Shown one piece after another: positions 57,850-64,000 of a stretch of DNA of 64,000 bases (position 1 is its first letter; every line of letters begins with the position of its first letter). The DNA comes from Methyloligellaceae bacterium (GTDB lineage Bacteria > Pseudomonadota > Alphaproteobacteria > Rhizobiales > CBDHHC01). The DNA lies in assembly GCA_050633205.1 (NCBI GenBank), contig JBOEGA010000046.1:12535-76534 (forward strand), given 5' to 3'. A model generated the notes under the pieces. That model searched no databases. It was not told where the DNA came from and was given only the letters and a program-made list of their open reading frames with translations. Both the position numbers and the translations under genes were made by a program.

Positions 57850-58779
57850 ATGGCACGTCGAAAAGGCAATCCGGTTAACGGGTGGCTTGTACTTGATAAA
57901 GATGAAGGGATTACGTCTACACAGGCTGTCGGTAAAGCGCGTCGAATATTTAATGCGCAAAAGGCAGGACATGCGGGGACTCTTGATCCTCTCGCGACAG
58001 GAATTTTACCGATTGCGTTTGGTGAGGCTACCAAGACTGTACCCTATTTAATGGATTCCGAGAAAACCTACAGATTTACGATTGCCTGGGGGGCTGAAAC
58101 AGACACGGATGATGAGCAGGGGACTGTTGTTGCCCGTAACGATGAAAGACCGGAGCCTTCTGCAGTAGAAGAAGCTATCAAAAGTTTTGTTGGCGATATT
58201 ATGCAGGTCCCTCCTCAATATTCAGCGATCAAAGTTGACGGGGCCAGAGCTTATGACCTTGCGAGAGAAGGTGAGGAATTTGAGCTTAAGGCCCGGCAGA
58301 TCAGGATTGATCGTCTGGAAATTACAGTTTGTGAGCAGGATTTTTGCGTATTAGAAGCTGATTGCGGCAAAGGGACCTACGTGAGGTCTATTGCTCGTGA
58401 TCTTGGCCGTCAGCTTGGCTGTCTTGGTCATATTACGCAATTAAGAAGGACACGGGTCGGCATATTTAGAGAAAATGATGCGATTTCATTTGACAAAATA
58501 CTGGAAACGCAAGAAGAGTTGCGTCAGAGTGGCGCTGAGCCTGCCATTTTGACTGAACAGCTTCGACCTGTTGAGACCGCGCTGGACGACATCCCGGCGC
58601 TGGCCGTTGACGGGAACGATGCACAAAGGCTCAAACGGGGGCAGTCTGTGCTAATACGCGGACGAGATGCTCCAATCATAAAAGGACCTTGCTATGCAAT
58701 TTCACGAGGAGTTCTTGTGGCTTTGGGTGAGGTTATTCGTGGTGAACTGAAACCGACACGTGTTTTCAATTTGCCTTAG
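57850..58779 (+). CDS. truB: tRNA pseudouridine(55) synthase
   Basis: NGWLVLDKDEGITSTQAV...GHAGTLDPLATGILPI, including the catalytic Asp motif. Confidence 0.95.
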   Translation: MARRKGNPVNGWLVLDKDEGITSTQAVGKARRIFNAQKAGHAGTLDPLATGILPIAFGEATKTVPYLMDSEKTYRFTIAWGAETDTDDEQGTVVARNDERPEPSAVEEAIKSFVGDIMQVPPQYSAIKVDGARAYDLAREGEEFELKARQIRIDRLEITVCEQDFCVLEADCGKGTYVRSIARDLGRQLGCLGHITQLRRTRVGIFRENDAISFDKILETQEELRQSGAEPAILTEQLRPVETALDDIPALAVDGNDAQRLKRGQSVLIRGRDAPIIKGPCYAISRGVLVALGEVIRGELKPTRVFNLP

Positions 58780-58809
58780 TAAAATTAACAGATACCAATA
58801 GGAGATCCG

Positions 58810-59079
58810 ATGTCGGTAACTGCAGAACGTAAACAAGAACTTATTAAAGAATTTGCTACCAAAGACGGTGATACAGGTTCACCTGAGGTCCAGGTTGCTG
58901 TTTTGACTGAACGCATAGTAAATCTTACTGAACACTTCAAAACTCATAAAAAAGATAACCACTCACGTCGTGGCCTGTTGAAAATGGTTAGCCAGCGTCG
59001 CCGCTTGCTTGACTATGTCAAAGCCAATGATGATGCGCGTTATCAGGACCTTATTAAAAGACTTGGTCTACGCCGTTAA
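58810..59079 (+). CDS. rpsO: 30S ribosomal protein S15
   Basis: 89 aa with [36 protein letters not shown]. Confidence 0.97.
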   Translation: MSVTAERKQELIKEFATKDGDTGSPEVQVAVLTERIVNLTEHFKTHKKDNHSRRGLLKMVSQRRRLLDYVKANDDARYQDLIKRLGLRR

Positions 59080-59344
59080 GGTACTCTCCCGGTTTTATCG
59101 GGGTTATTTAAGGTTATGCAAGAAACATTGAAGAATAAATGCAGAAATGTGTTTCTTTAACTGCAAAACCATGTATGTTTTATGAGCTTATAAGATAAGC
59201 CTTAAACTTTAATGGGAGATATTCTCTCCTTTACTTTGGGCGGCAATCCGGCTGCCCAGAGATACGTATGAATAGATGGATGATATTGATTTGACATGAG
59301 GCGTTACTTTCGATTCATTTCATCTATAAGAAATGAGATAAAAT

Positions 59345-61471
59345 ATGTTTGATATACATACCGAAGAAGTTGAATGGGGTGGTCGGACACTCAAATTTGA
59401 AACCGGCCGCATTGCCAGACAAGCTCACGGTTCAGTGCTGGTTACTTATGGAGATACCAGCGTTTTGGCAACGGTTACTGCCGCAAAAGACGTGAAGCCA
59501 GGAATTGACTTCTTTCCCCTCACTGTAAATTACCAGGAAAAAACGTATGCCGCCGGAAAGATTCCAGGCGGTTATTTTAAACGTGAAGGCCGTCCTTCAG
59601 AGAAAGAAACTCTTGTTTCACGCCTGATTGACCGTCCTATCCGTCCGCTATTTGCACCAGGGTTTAAAAACGAGACCCAGGTTATTACGACTGTTCTGTC
59701 GCATGATATGGAAAATGATCCTGATGTTGTAGCTATGGTTGCAGCTTCTGCTGCACTGACAATATCCGGAGTTCCTTTCCTTGGTCCGATCGGCGCTGCA
59801 CGTGTTGGCTATATTGATGGCGAATATATTCTGAATCCGCTTATGGATGAGATGGAAAGCACTACGCTTGATCTTGTTGTTGCCGGTACACAGGATGCAG
59901 TCCTGATGGTGGAATCCGAAGCTCAGGAGCTTAACGAAGACATCATGCTTGGTGCGGTTGTCTTTGGCCAGAAAGAATTCCAGACAGTCATCAATGCTGT
60001 GATCAATCTTGCTGAAAAGGCTGCCAAAGAGCCGTGGGATCTTGTTGAAGTTGACAAATCCAAATATGAAAGCAGAGTTCGCGAGATGGCTGAAGAAGGT
60101 CTTCGCGCGGCTTACGAAAATCCTGAGAAAAAGAAACGTCAGGATGCGATCGGCGAAATTAAAGACAAAGTTTTTGCCGAGCTAATGCCTGATGAGGATG
60201 ACGGGTCAGAGAAAGTTCTTCTTGGCTCTGTATTCAAAGGTCTGGAAAGCGAGATTGTTCGCGGAAACATTATCAAAACGAAAGTTCGTATTGATGGTCG
60301 TGACCTGACAACAGTTCGCCCGATTGTTTCTGAAGTGGGAGTTTTACCAAGAGCACATGGTTCATCCCTGTTTACTCGTGGTGAAACGCAGGCACTGGTT
60401 GTTGCTACACTTGGTACTGGTGAAGATGAGCAGATTATTGATGCTCTTGAAGGTACTTACAGAGAGCCATTCCTTCTTCATTATAATTTCCCTCCTTACT
60501 CAGTTGGTGAAGTTGGACGTGTTGGTTTTACCGGCCGTCGTGAAATTGGTCATGGCAAGCTTGCATGGCGTGCAATGCACCCTGTTCTGCCTACTAAAGA
60601 AGAGTTTCCTTATACGCTTCGTGTGGTTTCTGAAATCACTGAATCTAACGGTTCTTCTTCTATGGCGACAGTTTGTGGTACGTCTCTAGCACTAATGGAT
60701 GCGGGTGTTCCTCTGAAACGTCCTGTTGCAGGTATTGCGATGGGTCTGATTAAAGAAGAAGACGGCTTTGCGGTTCTGTCTGATATTCTTGGTGATGAAG
60801 ATCATCTGGGTGACATGGACTTTAAAGTTGCTGGTACTGCAGATGGTATTACGTCTCTTCAGATGGATATCAAGATTACCGGTATTACTGAAGATATTAT
60901 GCGCATCGCACTTGATCAGGCGAGAGACGGTCGTGTTCATATTCTTGGTGAGATGAATAAGGCTCTTACTGAAGCTCGCCCTGAGCTTGGTGAGTTTGCT
61001 CCACGTATTGAGACACTGACTATTCCTACTGACAAGATCCGTGAAGTTATCGGTTCTGGTGGTTCGGTTATTCGCGGTATCGTGGAAGAAACCGGAGCCA
61101 AGATTGATATTTCTGATGATGGTGTTGTTAAGGTTGCAGCTTCTGACGGAGCTTCAATTAATGCTGCTATCAAGATGATCAAAGAGATTGCGTCAGAACC
61201 AGAAGTTGGAATGATATACAAAGGTAAGGTCGTCAAGATCATGGACTTTGGTGCATTTGTAAACTTCTTTGGTGCCCGTGATGGTCTGGTTCATATTTCT
61301 CAACTTGCTGATCGTCGTGTGGCGAATGTCAGCGAGATTGTTTCTGAAGGCCAGGAAGTTTTCGTTAAACTTCTCGGAATTGATGACCGTGGCAAGGTTC
61401 GCCTGTCAATGAAGGTTGTTGATCAGGAAACTGGTTCTGAGAAAGCTAAAGAAGAGGAAGATGCGGAATAA
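59345..61471 (+). CDS. pnp: Polyribonucleotide nucleotidyltransferase (PNPase)
   Basis: 708 aa with two RNase PH domains, a KH domain and an S1 domain ([17 protein letters not shown]). Confidence 0.98.
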   Translation: MFDIHTEEVEWGGRTLKFETGRIARQAHGSVLVTYGDTSVLATVTAAKDVKPGIDFFPLTVNYQEKTYAAGKIPGGYFKREGRPSEKETLVSRLIDRPIRPLFAPGFKNETQVITTVLSHDMENDPDVVAMVAASAALTISGVPFLGPIGAARVGYIDGEYILNPLMDEMESTTLDLVVAGTQDAVLMVESEAQELNEDIMLGAVVFGQKEFQTVINAVINLAEKAAKEPWDLVEVDKSKYESRVREMAEEGLRAAYENPEKKKRQDAIGEIKDKVFAELMPDEDDGSEKVLLGSVFKGLESEIVRGNIIKTKVRIDGRDLTTVRPIVSEVGVLPRAHGSSLFTRGETQALVVATLGTGEDEQIIDALEGTYREPFLLHYNFPPYSVGEVGRVGFTGRREIGHGKLAWRAMHPVLPTKEEFPYTLRVVSEITESNGSSSMATVCGTSLALMDAGVPLKRPVAGIAMGLIKEEDGFAVLSDILGDEDHLGDMDFKVAGTADGITSLQMDIKITGITEDIMRIALDQARDGRVHILGEMNKALTEARPELGEFAPRIETLTIPTDKIREVIGSGGSVIRGIVEETGAKIDISDDGVVKVAASDGASINAAIKMIKEIASEPEVGMIYKGKVVKIMDFGAFVNFFGARDGLVHISQLADRRVANVSEIVSEGQEVFVKLLGIDDRGKVRLSMKVVDQETGSEKAKEEEDAE

Positions 61472-61508
61472 GGTGTAAGCTGATTTCGTTATTTTCTAAA
61501 TGAATTGG

Positions 61509-61535
61509 AAAGGCTCGCTCAGGCGGGCCTTTTTA
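61509..61535 (+). terminator. Rho-independent terminator of pnp
   Basis: AAAGGCTCGC (61509-61518) pairs with GCGGGCCTTT (61523-61532) with one G-U pair. The T-run continues to 61534. Confidence 0.75.
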
Positions 61536-61539
61536 TTGT

Positions 61540-61923
61540 GTGGTGGTGATGTTGATGATTAAAATATTTTTTAGGATTTTTCTGGCTGTATTTATGATTA
61601 CAGCTGGTGTTCTGCATTTTATTTCCACTGACGGGTTTGCCCAAATTGTTCCGGCATGGTTGCCCTGGCCAAGGGAGCTGGTGCTAATCAGTGGGGTATT
61701 CGAGATTGCCGGCGGACTTGGTCTGCTGTTGCCATTGACACGGAAATGGGCCGGATATGGGTTGATCCTGCTTTATATTGCTGTGTTGCCTGCTAATATT
61801 AATATGGCTATCTATCGAATTCAGCCGCTTGATTTTGAAATACCGGATTCTGTTTTATGGGCGCGTATTCCGTTTCAACTGGTGTTTATAGTCTGGGCAT
61901 GGTGGGTATCACGCGAAGTCTGA
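61540..61923 (+). CDS. DoxX-like small membrane protein
   Basis: 127 aa with four TM spans. The pattern ITAGVLHF...GVFEIAGGLGLL is reminiscent of DoxX-like proteins. The start is ambiguous (GTG 61540 or a nearby ATG). Confidence 0.55.
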   Translation: MVVMLMIKIFFRIFLAVFMITAGVLHFISTDGFAQIVPAWLPWPRELVLISGVFEIAGGLGLLLPLTRKWAGYGLILLYIAVLPANINMAIYRIQPLDFEIPDSVLWARIPFQLVFIVWAWWVSREV

Positions 61924-62799
61924 CTGGTGCTGTTTGAAGAGTTTGTACAGCGCGTTTTTTGTTTTTCGGATATGGCTCCGGGTTTTTGCTTCCTCGTGAC
62001 TGACAAGCCATTGGGTATGGGTGAGTTCGTCTATTGTGTCTGAGCACTTTTCCAGTTGGGGGATGGCGTTTCCGATAAAGCACGGAAGGATTGTAAGTCC
62101 TGCTCCCTGCATTATTGCTTCAAGAAGGATCTGGCGACTATCGCAGGTGATTTTTGCTATGCCTCCCAGATGCTGGTGGAGCCAGAAGGCTGATGAACCG
62201 GCAGCCCCCGCTTTTGATGGCAAGATCCAGTCGCATTCGCTGAAACGCTTATCGGTAAAGGCAGCAGGGTGGGATGCCAGATAGTTTTTTTCTCCGAAGA
62301 TGGCGAAGCTGACCTGCCCCATGCGTCTTCTGATCAGTCCCTGCTGATTGGGCATCTGATTTCGTATTCCAATATCTGCTTCACGGCGAAGTAAATTTAG
62401 AAATGATGTGTCACTGATTAGCTGGAGTCGGATATTTGTTGCCTGCATAAGTGTGTGTAAATGCCGGGAGATGAAGAGGCTCGTCCAGGTTCCGGCAGTT
62501 ACTTTTACCATTGGTCTTGGGTCGAGATTCTGGTGCCAGCTTTGTATCAGTCCTGCCTGTATGTCCATTTCGCTGACTTTTGCCAGTAGTTCATGACCAT
62601 GAGATGTAAGAGTGAAGCCCGTTTTATGGCGGTCGAACAGTTTTACCCCCATATCGGTTTCAAGCTGGCTTATTCGTCTGCTCAGGGTTGGTATGCTTGC
62701 TCGTGTTTCATGTGCTGCTCCGGCAAGTCCGTTTGATTTTGCGACTGCCAGAAACAGTCGCAGGTCATCCCAGTTCAGTGTTTCATTTTTGAAAGGCAT
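61909..62799 (-). CDS. LysR-family transcriptional regulator
   Basis: N-terminal wHTH (LRLFLAVAKSNGLAGAAHETRASIPTLSRRISQLE) plus a substrate-binding domain. It is divergent from the ABM gene. Confidence 0.9.
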   Translation of the reverse strand: MPFKNETLNWDDLRLFLAVAKSNGLAGAAHETRASIPTLSRRISQLETDMGVKLFDRHKTGFTLTSHGHELLAKVSEMDIQAGLIQSWHQNLDPRPMVKVTAGTWTSLFISRHLHTLMQATNIRLQLISDTSFLNLLRREADIGIRNQMPNQQGLIRRRMGQVSFAIFGEKNYLASHPAAFTDKRFSECDWILPSKAGAAGSSAFWLHQHLGGIAKITCDSRQILLEAIMQGAGLTILPCFIGNAIPQLEKCSDTIDELTHTQWLVSHEEAKTRSHIRKTKNALYKLFKQHQSDFA

Positions 62800-62897
62800 A
62801 TTTCTATTTCTTGTATTTATTTGCTGAAGTTTGAGCCTGATAGTCAGCCATTATAAAGATATCATAGTTTTTGAAAATGAATTAAAAAAAGGAAAAT

Positions 62898-63197
62898 ATG
62901 ACGATGTCAGATAATGTGAAGGTTGTTGTGACGTTTGATGTTCTGGAAGAGAAGCTGGAAATTTTTGAAGGTATTATGACTTCTCTGAAGACAGATCTTC
63001 CAAAAGTGGATGGGTGTAACAGTATTGTTATTCACAGAGATCAGGATGATGCCAGTGTTTTTGTTCTGGTTGAAGACTGGGACAGCCGGGAAATACATGA
63101 CGCTCATATAGCGACTGTGGTTGAATCCGGTGGGTGGGCGACAATAGAGGCTATGCTTAAAAGTGCTCCTGTTACACGAAATATGAGCGTGTACTAG
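62898..63197 (+). CDS. ABM-domain (antibiotic biosynthesis monooxygenase-like) protein
   Basis: 99 aa with a ferredoxin-like fold pattern (VVVTFDV...VFVLVEDWDSREIHDAH). Confidence 0.65.
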   Translation: MTMSDNVKVVVTFDVLEEKLEIFEGIMTSLKTDLPKVDGCNSIVIHRDQDDASVFVLVEDWDSREIHDAHIATVVESGGWATIEAMLKSAPVTRNMSVY

Positions 63198-63365
63198 AGT
63201 ATGTCGCGTTTAGTCAGATTCATTTTGCGGGAATTTTTACGTTATTATCTACGTTTTAAAGTATCGAAAATACTCCAGTATTCCCGGAACTTTAAAACTT
63301 AATTCCTTCCTCGGCAAAGTGAACCCGATTAAACACTACAAGCTCCAGGTGCAACCAAAAGAGCT

Positions 63366-63755
63366 TTACTGTATTTTTTTTAATGCCAGTTCAGCTGCTT
63401 TTCTGATCCAGAGGTGATTATCTTTTTTTGCCCTGATCAGGTGAGGGACTGCCTTTTTGCTTTTCATCTCTCCCAGCAACCAGGCAGCCCGCATTCCTGA
63501 TCCAGCCGCTGTGGATTGTGTGAGAATAATGATTAGTTTTTGTTCCAGATATTCTTTAGCAGGTGGGGATTGGGTCAACTTTTTTATTGTAGTGAGAAAC
63601 TTACCGGTGTTCAGGTGTTTGCGCTGCATTTCTGACAGAAGGTTATTCAGGTTTTCTTTTGTTTCCTGATTGAGATTGTCTGAATGGGCTGAGTGAAAAA
63701 AGGTCAGGGTAAGCAGAATTGTTATTATGATGAGAGTCACTTTATTTGTTTTCAC
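63366..63755 (-). CDS. Exported small protein with a HEAT-like repeat
   Basis: 129 aa with a signal peptide (LTLTFFHSAHS). The C-terminus AAWLLGEMKSKKAVPHLIRAKKDNHLWIRKAAELALKKI is HEAT/PBS-lyase-repeat-like. Confidence 0.45.
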   Translation of the reverse strand: MKTNKVTLIIITILLTLTFFHSAHSDNLNQETKENLNNLLSEMQRKHLNTGKFLTTIKKLTQSPPAKEYLEQKLIIILTQSTAAGSGMRAAWLLGEMKSKKAVPHLIRAKKDNHLWIRKAAELALKKIQ

Positions 63756-63858
63756 AAGATGGGTCCCTGACAGTTTTTATTACCTCTCAGGTAATTGATA
63801 CAGTTTTGTGGCGGTTATAGGTTTGTGCCTGATGAGTAATTTTTTGCAGGAGCCTGTA

Positions 63859-64000
63859 ATGCATATTCTGTCTGGTGCCATGTTGTTTATTGTGGGCGTT
63901 ATCCATTTATTGCCTGTCACCGGTGTTTTAGGTGCAGGGCGCCTTTCTGCTTTGTACGGCATCGAGGTTGTTGATCCGAATCTGCTTATTCTTATGCAGC
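63859..64000 (+). CDS. Hypothetical membrane protein, N-terminal part only (runs off the window end)
   Basis: The ATG at 63859 lies 7 nt after AGGAG. It reads MHILSGAMLFIVGVIHLLPVTGVLGAGRLSALYGIEVVDPNLLILMQ and is open to the window end. It is absent from the ORF track because no stop is present. Confidence 0.45.
   Translation, partial: MHILSGAMLFIVGVIHLLPVTGVLGAGRLSALYGIEVVDPNLLILMQ

Overview
This 64-kb segment looks like the chromosome of a moderately AT-rich alphaproteobacterium. That call rests on protein signatures and gene order: ffh-rpsP-rimM, typA, maeB, mutS-glnD, murJ-trpS, then an unbroken plus-strand run nfu-tsaB-rimI-fur-plsC-miaB-phoH-ybeY-corC-lnt-HTH-metK-trmB-rimP-nusA-ylxR-infB-rbfA-truB-rpsO-pnp. 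I support about 55 protein genes. By eye I found no rRNA, tRNA, CRISPR array, transposase or integrase. From about 25 kb onward the window is ordinary housekeeping core. The first 25 kb is more accessory and signalling-rich. It holds two paralogous membrane GGDEF-EAL genes in inverted orientation (one frameshifted) around a DUF3088 gene and an ECF sigma / anti-sigma-VWA pair. It also holds an HD-GYP protein with a degenerate receiver, an orphan MazF/PemK-like gene in an AT-rich islet with 32-33-bp tandem repeats just upstream of ffh, and an internally triplicated RTX-like protein. The most unusual object is a single reading unit in which a complete Amt ammonium-channel domain is fused through a HAMP-like connector to an MCP chemoreceptor signalling domain. 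In this sequence it is broken by a 1-nt frameshift and an in-frame TAA. I did not find a convincing new multi-gene system such as a defence island. The best candidates for novelty are the Amt-MCP chimera, the sigma/anti-sigma-VWA module, and a small repeat family with a covarying hairpin and G-rich tail. All functional calls come from motif recognition in the supplied translations. No database search was run.
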